A stretch of DNA of 64,000 nt. Source: an uncultured Candidatus Rokubacteria bacterium (GTDB lineage Bacteria; Methylomirabilota; Methylomirabilia; Rokubacteriales; DASRDR01). Location: the NCBI GenBank assembly GCA_963708025.1, contig CAVPSB010000018.1, positions 128,001 through 192,000 of the forward strand, written 5' to 3'. The notes under the pieces were generated by a model. That model saw only the letters and a program-made list of their open reading frames with translations, did not search any database and was not told where the DNA came from. Below are positions 1 through 12,980 of this stretch, in pieces; the stretch's first letter is position 1, and every line of letters starts with the position of its first letter. Position numbers and translations under genes: made by a program.

Positions 1-408
1 GAGTTCTACGTGACGCGGGGTCTCCTCACGCGCGCCAACGACGAGCAGCTCGCCGCGGTTCTGGCCCACGAGATCGCGCACGACGACCTCGGCCACGTGG
101 CGAAGGCACAGGCCTTGGGCGCCGGGGTCCAGATCGGGGCCGCCATCCTCGATCAGATCTTTCCCGGCGTCGGCCAGATCGCGCCGGTGGCCGGCACCCT
201 GATCACCCGTGCCTACAGCCGGCAGGAAGAGCTGGAGGCCGATCGCCACGGGGTGGAGATCCTCCAACGGGCGGGCCTGCCCAAGGAGGCGATGGAGCGG
301 ACCCTCGTCTGGCTCGAGTCGCAGACCGGCGGCAGCAGCGGTGGCGGGTTCTTCTCCACGCACCCCGGCACGGACGAGCGCATCGCCGCCCTCCGCAAGC
401 TCCGCTAA
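1..408 (+). CDS. M48 family zinc metallopeptidase (5'-partial)
   Basis: LAAVLAHEIAH (HExxH), YSRQEELEAD and FFSTHP..ERI motifs typical of M48; runs off the window start. Confidence 0.9.
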   Translation, partial: EFYVTRGLLTRANDEQLAAVLAHEIAHDDLGHVAKAQALGAGVQIGAAILDQIFPGVGQIAPVAGTLITRAYSRQEELEADRHGVEILQRAGLPKEAMERTLVWLESQTGGSSGGGFFSTHPGTDERIAALRKLR

Positions 409-411
409 ATC

Positions 412-445
412 CTCGGGGGTTTCGGAAGACCCCCCGATCCCCCCC
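412..445. repeat. Palindromic element/hairpin after the M48 stop codon
   Basis: GGGGGTTTC-GG-AAGACCCCC inverted repeat followed by further GC stems up to ~530. Confidence 0.45.
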
Positions 446-600
446 TCGGAGGCCGCGGCGCGGAGTGGAACGCCATGGCCGCGAGGTCTGCGGTCGGCGC
501 GTCGCGAGAAGCCGACGGACAGCCGCGTTCGTGAAGAGGACCCGGGCGGAGTCGGTCCAATCGGTCGAGTCGAGGAGTTTTGCCGGCCTGGCCCGACGCT

Positions 601-629
601 TGGACACTCCGCCGGCGGTGGAGTAGACT
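601..629 (+). promoter_or_regulatory. Putative sigma70 promoter with palindromic spacer
   Basis: TGGACA-17nt-TAGACT; the spacer ACTCCGCCGGCGGTGGAGT is an imperfect palindrome. Confidence 0.45.
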
Positions 630-681
630 GCGTCCCAGGGAGGCCGACGACGCGAAGGCGGGCTGCCCAGGGAGGTGCGCA

Positions 682-1314
682 GTGGTCGCACGAACGATCC
701 TCCGAGTCGTGGCCGGCGGCCTCGCCCTGGTCCTGCTGGCCGGCTGTGCCGAGCAGACCGCTCAGGGCACCATCGTCGGGGCCGGAAGCGGCGCCCTCAT
801 TGGTGCCATGGCGGGCAAGGGGACCGGTGCGCTTCTCGGAGCGGTGATCGGCGGCCTCGCCGGCGCGCTCGTGGGGGAGACGGTGGCCCATCGTCAGACC
901 GCTGCCGCCGCGACGCCGGCGCCACCCCCGCCTCCGCCGCCCGCGGCCTTCCCGGGCCCACCACCTCCACCGCCGGGCGGGCAATGGTCGGTGGTGACCT
1001 CACCGGCGCCGGTGGGCGGTCCGGTGGCTCCGCCGGGGCCGCCGCCCGATCCCACGCGGGGCGTGATCACCAACGCGACCCCGTGGGAGATCCAGGTCTT
1101 CATCGATGCGCCGCCCGGCACCCCAGGCCCGCTCGTTCTCAGGCGGGGTGACAGCGTACCCGTCATCCTCGACGTCGGACAGCACCGCATCGTCGCGCAG
1201 GCGTTCGTCGACACCCAGCTCGGCCGCCGGCTGGTGGGCACGTTCGACCAGATCCTGAGCGTGGATCCACGCGCTCCCGGCTGGACCATCCACTTCTTCC
1301 CGACCAACTTCTAG
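682..1314 (+). CDS. Glycine-zipper lipoprotein with Pro-rich linker
   Basis: GGAGG RBS at 671-675, GTG start, lipobox LLAGC, GAxxGAxxG glycine zipper, poly-Pro linker. Confidence 0.75.
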   Translation: MVARTILRVVAGGLALVLLAGCAEQTAQGTIVGAGSGALIGAMAGKGTGALLGAVIGGLAGALVGETVAHRQTAAAATPAPPPPPPPAAFPGPPPPPPGGQWSVVTSPAPVGGPVAPPGPPPDPTRGVITNATPWEIQVFIDAPPGTPGPLVLRRGDSVPVILDVGQHRIVAQAFVDTQLGRRLVGTFDQILSVDPRAPGWTIHFFPTNF

Positions 1315-1349
1315 CCCCAACCGGACAGACGCCCGGACCTGAGCCGTCT

Positions 1350-1423
1350 GTTCCCCTCCTCCCCGGGGGGGACGGGCCGGTCCCCACCCCGACCCTGTCT
1401 CCCTCCCCGCGGGGGCGAGGGAG
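1350..1423. repeat. Family C REP-like palindrome (CCCTC...GAGGG type)
   Basis: Two GC hairpins, e.g. CTCCCTCCCCGCGGGGGCGAGGGAG; similar to the elements at 3001, 27203 and 53903. Confidence 0.5.
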
Positions 1424-1539
1424 CGGAGTGCCGCCCTCGATCGCGAAGAGACACGGCCCGTGCTCCGTCCTAGGGGGCAGACCGATGGTGTGTCAGCACC
1501 CCACCCACACGTGGTGAACATTCACCAGGAGGCCCTAGC

Positions 1540-2994
1540 ATGATCGCTGCGAAGCCATGGCGAGTCAGGGCCGGCTATGCCCTGCTCGCCGTACTGCTCG
1601 TCCTCTCGGCAGGTGTTCTGATGACCCGGGTCCTGGCGGCCACCCCCGCCGCGCCCGACTCGAGTGCCACGACCGCGCCGGCCATCCCGGGCGCGCTCCC
1701 CGAGTCCTACCCGTGGATGCGTCTGGCCGAGACCCTCACGCCGGCCGTGGTCAACGTCCGGACGGTTGGCGAGACTCCCCGCGGGCGGGACCGCGTCGAG
1801 GAGATGCTGCCGGAGCCGTTCCGCCGCCACCTGCCGCCAGAGCTCCGCGGACAGGCTCCCGACCGGCCCCGCCCGATGCGAGGGCTCGGGTCCGGGTTCA
1901 TCATCGACGCCGGCGGCTACATCGTCACCAACCACCACGTGGTGGACGGCGCCAAGTCCATCGAGGTGACCCTCAGCGACGGCCGGAAACTCGCGGCGAA
2001 GCTGGTGGGGAGCGACCCCGAGACCGACATCGCGCTCCTGAAGGTGGAGGCCACCGGCCTGCCGACGATCCCGCTCGGCAGCTCGGCGGCGCTGCGCGTG
2101 GCCGAGCCGGTCATGGCGATGGGCAACCCGTTCGGCCTCGATCACACGGTGACCGTGGGGATCATCAGCGGCACCGGCCGGGTGATCGGCGCCGGCCGCT
2201 ACGACGACTTCCTGCAGACCGACGCCGCGATCAACCCCGGCAACTCCGGGGGCCCGATCATCAACACCCGCGGGGAGGCCGTCGGCATCGCCAGCGCGAT
2301 CGCGAGCCGGAGCGGCGGCTTCCAGGGCGTCGGGTTCGCCATCCCGATCGATCTGGCCAAGCCGGTCGTGCAGCAGCTCCGGACGGCCGGGCGGGTGACC
2401 CGCGGCTGGCTCGGCGTGTCGATCCAGCCGGTCACTCCCGAGCTGGCCAAGTCGTTCAGCCTCACCGAGACGAAGGGCGTGCTGGTGGCCTCGGTGGCCG
2501 ACGGCTCGCCCGCCGAGAAGGCGGGGCTCAAGGCCGGCGACGTCATCGTCCGGTACGATGGCAAGGGCGTCGACGGCCCCCGCGTGCTGCCGGCGCTGGT
2601 GGCCAACACCGAGATCGGCAAGACCGTGGAGCTGTCGGTCGTCCGCGACGGGAGCCTCCGGCCCCTGAAGGTCACCGTCGGCAACCTCGCCGATTCCCGT
2701 CAGGCGAGCGCGACGGGGGAGCCGGTCAAGCCGAGCCGGCTCGCCGAGCGGCTCGGCCTCGAGCTGCAGCAGGGCGACAAGGGCGTCGTGGTGACCGACG
2801 TTCGGCCTTCGTCCCCGGCCGACCAGGCCGGGATCGTCGAGGGCGACGTGATCCGCGAGGTCAACCGGACCCCCGTCTCGAGGATCGAGGACGTCCAGAA
2901 AGGGATGGACCGGCCGGTCGGAGCGGCGAACCAGGTCCTGCTCCGCGTCGAGCGGCAGGGCTCGGAGCGCTACGTCGTCGTGGACGTCGGCTAG
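1540..2994 (+). CDS. degP: DegP/DegQ (HtrA) serine endoprotease with two PDZ domains
   Basis: GSGFII, TNHHV, DIALLK, QTDAAINPGNSGGP, two PDZ domains, N-terminal signal/TM; AGGAGG RBS. Confidence 0.93.
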   Translation: MIAAKPWRVRAGYALLAVLLVLSAGVLMTRVLAATPAAPDSSATTAPAIPGALPESYPWMRLAETLTPAVVNVRTVGETPRGRDRVEEMLPEPFRRHLPPELRGQAPDRPRPMRGLGSGFIIDAGGYIVTNHHVVDGAKSIEVTLSDGRKLAAKLVGSDPETDIALLKVEATGLPTIPLGSSAALRVAEPVMAMGNPFGLDHTVTVGIISGTGRVIGAGRYDDFLQTDAAINPGNSGGPIINTRGEAVGIASAIASRSGGFQGVGFAIPIDLAKPVVQQLRTAGRVTRGWLGVSIQPVTPELAKSFSLTETKGVLVASVADGSPAEKAGLKAGDVIVRYDGKGVDGPRVLPALVANTEIGKTVELSVVRDGSLRPLKVTVGNLADSRQASATGEPVKPSRLAERLGLELQQGDKGVVVTDVRPSSPADQAGIVEGDVIREVNRTPVSRIEDVQKGMDRPVGAANQVLLRVERQGSERYVVVDVG

Positions 2995-3003
2995 GAGTTT
3001 CCC

Positions 3004-5946
<2,943 letters not shown>

Positions 5947-6097
5947 GCTCGCCAGGACTCCATCAATGCGGCCCGACCTGCGCGCGCAGCCCGTGGGCCT
6001 CTCTTCACTATATCCCGTCTGCCGCCGGTCCGCCTCCCCGCCTCCCCGCCTCCCCGCCTTGGCCCCGGTTCCCGCTGCGTGCTAGAGTGGCCGGGCC

Positions 6098-6460
6098 ATG
6101 CCGATCCTGTTCGTGGTGAGGCGATCCCGCCCCCGGCTGTTCGCCGCCCTCCGCCGTCTGGTGGCGCGACCGGGCCTGGTCGGGGTCATGCTCGAGCGCC
6201 GGGACCCGCCGGCCCGCCGGAAGGGGCCGACCGACGTGGCCGACCAGCCCCGACGCCCGGTGCGCCAGCCGCTCGACCACGACGGCCTCCGGACCTTGGC
6301 CGAGATCGGCTTCATGGTCGTGAGCGTGCGCACGCTCCCGGAGGGCGCCGACCCCCGGCGGGCCAGGCGGGCGGCCCCGGCGGCCTCCGGGCCGGCGCGT
6401 CGCTCCAAGGCCCGCGTGCGCTCGAGGCGCCGCCCCGGCCCGGCCCGCCGCTCCGGATGA
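6098..6460 (+). CDS. Hypothetical small Arg-rich protein
   Basis: 120-aa ORF whose stop overlaps the next start (ATGA). Confidence 0.5.
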   Translation: MPILFVVRRSRPRLFAALRRLVARPGLVGVMLERRDPPARRKGPTDVADQPRRPVRQPLDHDGLRTLAEIGFMVVSVRTLPEGADPRRARRAAPAASGPARRSKARVRSRRRPGPARRSG

Positions 6461-8202
6461 CGGTCAGCGTCCCCGGCTTCCGCGTCCGGACGCGGCTCGG
6501 CGTCCCGGTGGCGATGCGCGACGGCGTCCGCCTCTCCACCGACGTCTACCTCCCCGACGCCCCGGGACCCTTCCCGGTCATTCTGATCCGCACCCCGTAC
6601 AGCAACAACGTAGAGTACCTGGTCGAGGACGGCGTGCACTTCGCCCAGCGCGGGTACGCGGTCGCGATCCAGGACGTCCGCGGGCGCTTCGACTCGGACG
6701 GGGAGTGGTCGCCGTTCGCCCACGAGGCCACGGACGGCTACGACGCCCAGGAGTGGTGCGGGACCCAGCCCTGGTCCACCGGCAAGCTGGGGACCAGCGG
6801 CGGCTCCTACCTCGCGCTGACCCAGTGGCTGCCGGCGCCCCTTCGCAACCGCCACCTGGCGGCCATGGCGCCCCGCGTCGGGTTCTCGAACCTCTACCAC
6901 AACTGGGTCTACACGGGCGGCGCGTTCCAGCTCGGCTTCAATCTCCGCTGGGGCGCCATCCAGATGCACACGCGGACGAACCAGACCCAGTACCTCTGGA
7001 TGCCGCCCGAGCAGCACCTGTCCTCGCTCTTCTGGCACCTCCCCCTCGTGACCGGTGACGAGAACGCGGGGCGGACCTGCGAGTTCTACAAGGAGTGGAT
7101 CCGCCACCCGGCCTATGACTCGTACTGGGAGAAGCTCGGCAACGTCGAGAAGGACTACGACCAGATCGACGTCCCGGCCTACGGGCTGGGCGGCTGGTAC
7201 GACGTCTTCCTCCAGTCCACCTTGAACAACTTCATGGGCGTCCGGGGGCGTGGGTACTCGGAGCGGGCCCGACGCGGCCAGAAGGTCCTGATCGGGCCCT
7301 GGGTCCACTCACTCGGCGAGCGCGGGACCTGCCCCCGGACCGGCGACCTCGACTTCGGGGCGGCCTCGCTGGTCGACCTGCGGGGCGAGGAGCTGCGCTG
7401 GTTCGACTACTGGCTCAAGGGCCTCGACAACGGGATCCTGCGCGAGCCGCCGGTCCGGGTCTTCGTCATGGGGACGAACCGGTGGCGGACGGCCGACGAC
7501 TGGCCGATCCCCGGCACCCGCTTCGTCGAGCACTACTTCCACAGCGGCGGCCGGGCCAACTCGCTCTTCGGCGACGGCCGCCTGGACCGCCGGCGTCCGG
7601 AGACCGAGCCGCCCGACAGCTTCGTCTACGATCCCCGCGAGCCGGTCCCGACGCTCGGCGGCAGCACGTGCTGCGGCGAGGATGTCACGCCGATCACCAT
7701 GGGGCCGCGCGACCAGCGCCCGGCCGAGTGGCGGCCCGACGTCCTCTGCTACACCACGCCGCCGCTCGAGGCCGACGTCGAGGTGACCGGCCCGATCGAG
7801 GCCGCGCTGTGGGCGGCGTCCACCGCCCCCGACACCGACTTCACGGCCAAGCTGGTGGACGTCTTTCCCTCGGGTTACGCGATGAACGTGGCCCAGGGCA
7901 TCATCCGGGCCCGCTTCCGCGACTCCTGGGAATCGCCGGCGCCGCTCGAGCCCGGCCGGATTTACCGCTTCCGGATCGACTGCTGGTCCTCGTCGAACTG
8001 CTTCCAGAAGGGCCACCGGATCCGCGTCGAGATCGCCTCGTCGAACTTCCCGCAGTTCGACCGGAACCCGAACACCGGCCACCCCTTCGGACAGGACGCC
8101 GAGCTGCGCCCGGCCACGCAGACGATCTACCACGACGCGGTGCACCCGTCGCACATCGTGCTGCCCGTCGTGGATGCCGGCGGGCCGTCGCCTTCGTCCT
8201 GA
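6457..8202 (+). CDS. CocE/NonD family hydrolase
   Basis: MRDGVRLSTDVYLP, RTPY, QDVRGRFDSDG, GGSY nucleophile motif, GPWVH, SSNFPQFDRNPNTG. Confidence 0.93.
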   Translation: MTVSVPGFRVRTRLGVPVAMRDGVRLSTDVYLPDAPGPFPVILIRTPYSNNVEYLVEDGVHFAQRGYAVAIQDVRGRFDSDGEWSPFAHEATDGYDAQEWCGTQPWSTGKLGTSGGSYLALTQWLPAPLRNRHLAAMAPRVGFSNLYHNWVYTGGAFQLGFNLRWGAIQMHTRTNQTQYLWMPPEQHLSSLFWHLPLVTGDENAGRTCEFYKEWIRHPAYDSYWEKLGNVEKDYDQIDVPAYGLGGWYDVFLQSTLNNFMGVRGRGYSERARRGQKVLIGPWVHSLGERGTCPRTGDLDFGAASLVDLRGEELRWFDYWLKGLDNGILREPPVRVFVMGTNRWRTADDWPIPGTRFVEHYFHSGGRANSLFGDGRLDRRRPETEPPDSFVYDPREPVPTLGGSTCCGEDVTPITMGPRDQRPAEWRPDVLCYTTPPLEADVEVTGPIEAALWAASTAPDTDFTAKLVDVFPSGYAMNVAQGIIRARFRDSWESPAPLEPGRIYRFRIDCWSSSNCFQKGHRIRVEIASSNFPQFDRNPNTGHPFGQDAELRPATQTIYHDAVHPSHIVLPVVDAGGPSPSS

Positions 8203-8224
8203 CCGCGTCCGCGGGGTGGCATCG

Positions 8225-9010
8225 ATGGATCTGGGGCTGAACGGCAAGGTGGCGGTCGTCACCGGGGCCAGCGATGGCCTCGGCCGGGCCACCGCGGAGC
8301 GGCTGGCCGAAGAGGGCGCGGCGGTCGCCCTGTGCGCGCGGGGCGCCGAGCGGCTGCGGGCGGTGGCCGAGGACATCCGCCGGAAGGGCGGCCAGGCCCT
8401 CGACCTGCCGGCCGACGTGACCCGCCCGCCGGAGCTCGAGCGCTTCGTCGGCGCCACCCTCGACCGCCTCGGCCGGATCGACATCCTCGTCAACAACGCG
8501 GGGAGCTCGGCGGCCCGCGCGTTCGACACCGTGGACGACGCCGCCTGGCAGGCCGACCTCGAGCTCAAGCTCTTCGCGGCCATCCGCTGCATCCGGCTCT
8601 GCGTTCCCGCGATGCGGCGGGCCGGGGGCGGGCGGATCATCAACATCCTGAACACGGGGGCCAAGGCGCCGGCGGCCCGCTCGGTGCCGACCTCGGTGAG
8701 CCGGGCCGGCGGCCTGGCGCTCACCAAGGCCCTGTCCAAGGAGCTGGCGGCCGACCGCATCCTAGTGAACGCCGTCTGCATCGGGCTCGTCAAGAGCGGC
8801 CAGTGGGAGCGCCGCTGGGAGCGCGAGGGGCGCCCGGGGACGCTGGAGGAGTTCTACGCCCGCCTGGCCCGGGAGCGGGACGTGCCGCTGGGGCGGATCG
8901 GGGAGGCGAGCGAGCTGGCGGCCCTGGTCGTGTTCCTGGCCTCCGCCCAGGCGGCCTACGTCACCGGCGTCGCGATCAACTTCGACGGCGGGCTCGTCAA
9001 CGTCGTCTGA
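8225..9010 (+). CDS. SDR family oxidoreductase
   Basis: MDLGLNGKVAVVTGASDGLG, DILVNNAG, C-terminal YVTG..INFDGG. Confidence 0.92.
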   Translation: MDLGLNGKVAVVTGASDGLGRATAERLAEEGAAVALCARGAERLRAVAEDIRRKGGQALDLPADVTRPPELERFVGATLDRLGRIDILVNNAGSSAARAFDTVDDAAWQADLELKLFAAIRCIRLCVPAMRRAGGGRIINILNTGAKAPAARSVPTSVSRAGGLALTKALSKELAADRILVNAVCIGLVKSGQWERRWEREGRPGTLEEFYARLARERDVPLGRIGEASELAALVVFLASAQAAYVTGVAINFDGGLVNVV

Positions 9011-9040
9011 TCGGCGGGCGAGGGGCCGCCTCGGCGCGCC

Positions 9041-9361
9041 TCAGGGCTTGGTCGCGCGCCGGAGGACCCGGATCTCGGTAGCGACCGCCCGGCTGCCGGC
9101 GACGATGCACTCCCCCCGGATCTCGTCACCGGCGCGGAGGCCGGCCGGGGGAATCTTCCGCCCCGTCTCGTCGACGATCCGGGTCTGCCCGTGCAGGATC
9201 AGGACGTGCCGGCACTGGGCGCCGTACGTCACCACGAGCCGTCCGGCCTTGTCGTCGACCGACAGGAGTACGCCGTCCCCGGCGTGGAAGGCCGCGGTGT
9301 CCGAGCCACCGGGCTGGGTGAGGTCGCTCAGGGGGGGTAACCGGCCGTCTCTTTCCATCAT
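9041..9361 (-). CDS. Hypothetical small beta-rich protein
   Basis: MMERDG... preceded by GGAGG and a sigma54 promoter; 'TRIVDETGRKIPPAGLRAGDEIR' resembles OB-fold/DUF5666-like repeats. Confidence 0.55.
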   Translation of the reverse strand: MMERDGRLPPLSDLTQPGGSDTAAFHAGDGVLLSVDDKAGRLVVTYGAQCRHVLILHGQTRIVDETGRKIPPAGLRAGDEIRGECIVAGSRAVATEIRVLRRATKP

Positions 9362-9406
9362 GGTCGCCTCCGTCGCCTTTGGCTTCCGTCCTCCCGGAGT
9401 AGAGTG

Positions 9407-9421
9407 GCAAGCGACGTGCCA
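9407..9421 (-). promoter_or_regulatory. Sigma54 (-24/-12) promoter
   Basis: Minus strand reads TGGCACG-TCGC-TTGC, an exact match to TGGCACG-N4-TTGC. Confidence 0.7.
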
Positions 9422-9527
9422 GCGGAAAGGATCGATATGGCGCGGATCTGGCTCACCGAGGCGCGGCGTTCGACAGTGGTGGTGACGAAAACTCGGCCGA
9501 GGTTCGTCGGCCGGGAGGGCTGAGGAC

Positions 9528-10691
9528 GTGGAGTTACCCCGGACGGCAGGTGTGGTGGTGGTCGGCGGGGGCGTGGTGGGCTGCAGCATCGCCTACCACC
9601 TCGCCCGGCGCGGGATGCGGGACGTGGTGGTGCTGGAGCGGGATGCGGTCGGCGCCGGCACGACCAGCAAGGCGGCCGGCGGCATCCGCGCCCAGTTCCC
9701 CACCGAGACCGAGATCCGCTTCTCGCTGGAAAGCCGCCGCGTCTTCGAGTCGTTCCGGGAGGAGTTCGGCGTCGATCCCGGCTACACCCGGATCGGGTAC
9801 CTCTTCCTCGTCTCCGACGAGGCGGACCGTCGGGGCTTCGAAGCCCGCATCGCCCTCCAGCGGCGGCTGGGGGTCGACGTCCGCCTCATCAGCCCGCGGG
9901 AGGCGCAGGCGCTGGTGCCCGCCCTCCGGACCGACGACCTGATCGCCGCCGTCTGGGGGCCGGAGGACGGCATGGCCGGGCCCTCCGAGGTGACGCAGGG
10001 CTTCGCCCGGCGGGCCCGGGACCTGGGCGCCCGCATCGTCGAGGGGGTGGACGTGACCGGACTGGAGATCGGGGGCGGTCGCGTGCGCGCCGTCCGGACC
10101 TCCGCGGGGACGATCGCCACGCCGTGGGCCGTCAACGCCGCCGGGCCGGCGGCCGCCCGGGTCGGCCGGCTGGCAGGCCTGGACCTGCCGGTCGCCCCCC
10201 GCCGCCGCCACATCTTCTACACCGACCCCTTTCCGGACATCCCGGGACCGGTGCCGCTGACCACCGATCGGGCCAGCGGGTTCTACTTCCGCAAGGAGCT
10301 GGACGCCCTGCTGCTGAGCCCGGGCGACGTTCAGGACGTGGGCGACGACCTGGTGGCGCCGGTGGACTGGGGCATGGTCAACGAGGTGGTGGAGAAGGCG
10401 GTCCACCGACTGCCAGTCCTCGAGCGGGCCCGCATCGCCGGGGGCTGGGCCGGCCTGCGGCCCCTCACCCCCGACGACCACGCCATCATCGGGCCGGCGC
10501 CGGGGATCGAGGGCTTTTTCCTTGCCGTCGGCTTCGGCGGCCACGGCTTCCAGCACTCGCCGGCGACCGGCCGGGTCGTCGCCGAGTGGCTCACCGAGGG
10601 CCGGCCGTCCACGGACTGCGCCCTCTTCGATCCCGGACGCTTCGCCCGGGGCGGCCCCCGGCCCCACGACCGCGGCCCCGACGCCGAGTAA
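9528..10691 (+). CDS. FAD-dependent oxidoreductase, DAO/sarcosine oxidase beta-like
   Basis: GGGVVG Rossmann motif, GTTSKAAGGIR, WAGLRPLTPD, GFGGHGFQHSPATG. Confidence 0.9.
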   Translation: MELPRTAGVVVVGGGVVGCSIAYHLARRGMRDVVVLERDAVGAGTTSKAAGGIRAQFPTETEIRFSLESRRVFESFREEFGVDPGYTRIGYLFLVSDEADRRGFEARIALQRRLGVDVRLISPREAQALVPALRTDDLIAAVWGPEDGMAGPSEVTQGFARRARDLGARIVEGVDVTGLEIGGGRVRAVRTSAGTIATPWAVNAAGPAAARVGRLAGLDLPVAPRRRHIFYTDPFPDIPGPVPLTTDRASGFYFRKELDALLLSPGDVQDVGDDLVAPVDWGMVNEVVEKAVHRLPVLERARIAGGWAGLRPLTPDDHAIIGPAPGIEGFFLAVGFGGHGFQHSPATGRVVAEWLTEGRPSTDCALFDPGRFARGGPRPHDRGPDAE

Positions 10692-10794
10692 CCGCGCCCC
10701 CCGTGTCGTCGCTGCGGTCCTGGTCTTGGCTTGCTGATGCGGCGGCGGACCTGTCGTGACGTTCACGAAGCGCTTCCGTACAGTCAGCGCCGGC

Positions 10795-11131
10795 ATGAGG
10801 CAGGCTGAGCCACGAGTCGAGGGCGGTTCTGGCCAACTTGAGAACGAGCCATCGGTCGAGTGTCCTGGGTGCTGGTCCCGCTCGTGGTTGTGGGTTGCGT
10901 TGCCAGCTACGGGAGGAATCTCCCACCCGGGACGGGAGGGCGTCCTCGCGTGGCGGAGCCCCGGATGATGTCCACACGCATGAAGCCGTCCTGATTGCCC
11001 GGAGGCTCTTGCGGGCGAAGCCGCTGCCGGTTGACGCCCTCTACCTCGTCTATGTAGATTGGACCCGGGGTGAACGGCACGCGATCATCAACCCGTCGGG
11101 CGAGGTGGTCGAGGACAGGCCCGGGCCGTGA
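10795..11131 (+). CDS. Hypothetical protein with CxxC, possibly frameshifted near 10965
   Basis: Two overlapping short ORFs (..VECPGCW.. and ..DDVHTHEAVLIARRLL..) appear to form one gene. Confidence 0.3.
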
Positions 11132-11224
11132 AAGTCTCCGTACCACAACGGGTGCGCCATGCTCCTGTGCCACGAGCTCCTCGAGCCGGTGATGCTGTAG
11201 GACCCATTGGGGAGAGACGGGGTC

Positions 11225-11917
11225 ATGCGGGGCGTGGCGGTCAGCTGCATCGTACCGGTCTTCAACGGCGAGCGGTTTCTCCGGGAGGCCATCGAGAGCG
11301 TGCTCGCCCAGACCCGACCACCGGACGAGATCATCGTGGTGGACGACGGCTCGAGCGACGGCAGCGCCGCGATCGCGCGATCGTTCGGCGACGCGGTCAT
11401 CTACATGCACCAGAACAATGCCGGAGCGTCCGCGGCCCGGAATGCTGGAATCAGACGGGCCAGGGGAAGCCTCGTCGCGTTGCAGGATGCCGACGACCTG
11501 TGGCTACCGGAGAAGCTCGAAAGACAACTCGCTTGCTTGTCCCGACGCCCCGAGCTGGGTTTTTGCGTGGTCCACTCCCAGAACTTCTGGATGCCCGAGC
11601 TGGAGGCCGAGGCCCGGGCATTTGCGGATCAGCCATTCGTGGGGCCGCTTCCCGCCTTCACCTTCCAGAGCCTTCTGGCCCGGCACGGGCTGTTCGAAAC
11701 GGTGGGCCCGATCAACGAGTCGCTTCGCACGGGGGGCGACGTGGACTGGTTCCTTCGGGCCCGGGAAGCGGGCGTGCGCCACGAGCTCTTGCCGGAGGTG
11801 CTGCTTCGTCGACGCCTGCATTCCAACAACCTCACCCGCGCCGACCTGGCCAGCCGCGAGGCGCTGGTCTGGAGCCTCAAGTCCTCACTGGACCGTCGTC
11901 GCCGAGGGGCTTCCTGA
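11225..11917 (+). CDS. Glycosyltransferase family 2
   Basis: VSCIVPVFNGERFLREAIESVLAQT, VVDDGSSD, DADD, RRRLH. Confidence 0.92.
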   Translation: MRGVAVSCIVPVFNGERFLREAIESVLAQTRPPDEIIVVDDGSSDGSAAIARSFGDAVIYMHQNNAGASAARNAGIRRARGSLVALQDADDLWLPEKLERQLACLSRRPELGFCVVHSQNFWMPELEAEARAFADQPFVGPLPAFTFQSLLARHGLFETVGPINESLRTGGDVDWFLRAREAGVRHELLPEVLLRRRLHSNNLTRADLASREALVWSLKSSLDRRRRGAS

Positions 11918-12311
11918 AGACGCCGGCGGCAGCCGGCCCAGCAAGACGTGGAGGCCGTAGGCCAGCAGCCGCCGAACGTAGATGACCTGCAGGCGGCGCC
12001 CATGCTTCAGCTAGTAGGCCGCCCGGAGGTAGGCGGCCGACGGCAGCAGTAGCCGTCACCCTCGCCCGTACGAAGGAGCCGCGTCGGTGAGGGCCGCGAG
12101 CGCCGAGGCCGGAAGCGGCGCTTCCAACTCGGCGGCTAGATTCGCGGCGACCGAAATCGGCGCGGAAGAGCTTCGCAAATCTCCGGCTTCACGCTCGAAG
12201 GCCACCCAGGCGTCGCCGTCGCGCCGCCCCTCCAGAGACAGGCGCGGAGCAGGTGGGTTTCCTCCGGGGTGGGAGGAGCGCCTCGAGGGCCTCCCGAAGG
12301 GCATCGCTCAC
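11910..12311 (-). pseudogene. Collapsed nucleotidyltransferase-family gene remnant
   Basis: Across frames: ..PEETHLLRACLWRG..DAWVAF (N-term-like), then LAAELEAPLPASALAAL and SAAYLRAAY*..YVRRLLAYG (C-term-like); the middle is missing and there are frameshifts and stops. Confidence 0.5.
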
Positions 12312-12967
12312 CACCCTTCGGCCCGCTTCTTGTCGAGAGTCATCTTGACGAGCTGAAGGAGGCGGTCCTGCGAGGGCGGGCGACGTTTGGTGAGGTTGTC
12401 GGCATGCTGCCGCCGGCGCACCAGAATCTCCGGCAGCACTTCGTAGGGGATTCTCCGCATCATCACCCGAAGGAACCACTCCGTATCCTCACCGCTTTGG
12501 AGCGACGGATTGAAGAGTCCCACGTCATCGAAGAGCACCCGTCGCGCGAGCAAGGTGCAAGGGGAAAATGGCCTCTGGGGCCACTCGGCGGGCAGCCCCG
12601 TCGGAACCGGCTCCTCGCGGAAGTTCACGATTCCGGAGAAGCAGAGCATGGCTTCGGAGCGGTCATCGAGACGGGCCACCTGGCGGGCGAGCTTGTCGGG
12701 AAGCCAGATGTCGTCGGCATCGAGAAATGCCACCAGGTCTCCCCCGACCAACCCCAACCCGGTGTTCCTGGCGGTAGCCGGCCCGGCGTTCTCCTGTCGC
12801 GTTGCGCGAATGCGGTCACTGTAGGCGGCGATCACGGAGGGGGTATCATCGGTCGAACCGTCGTCCACCACCACGATCTCCGCCACCGGGTGGGTCTGGC
12901 CCAGGATGCTGTCCAGCGCCTCAGCGAGATAGCGGGCGCCGTTGTACACGGGGACGATGCAACTCAC
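12308..12967 (-). CDS. Glycosyltransferase family 2
   Basis: SCIVPVYNGARYLAEALDSILGQT, VVDDGSTD, FLDADD, GEDTEW, RRRQH. Confidence 0.92.
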   Translation of the reverse strand: MSCIVPVYNGARYLAEALDSILGQTHPVAEIVVVDDGSTDDTPSVIAAYSDRIRATRQENAGPATARNTGLGLVGGDLVAFLDADDIWLPDKLARQVARLDDRSEAMLCFSGIVNFREEPVPTGLPAEWPQRPFSPCTLLARRVLFDDVGLFNPSLQSGEDTEWFLRVMMRRIPYEVLPEILVRRRQHADNLTKRRPPSQDRLLQLVKMTLDKKRAEGW

Positions 12968-12980
12968 CCGGGCCAGGAGG

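Noticed and set aside
910-1050. Pro-rich low-complexity tracts (also 26760-26890) as DNA repeat elements
   Set aside because: Ordinary coding linkers.
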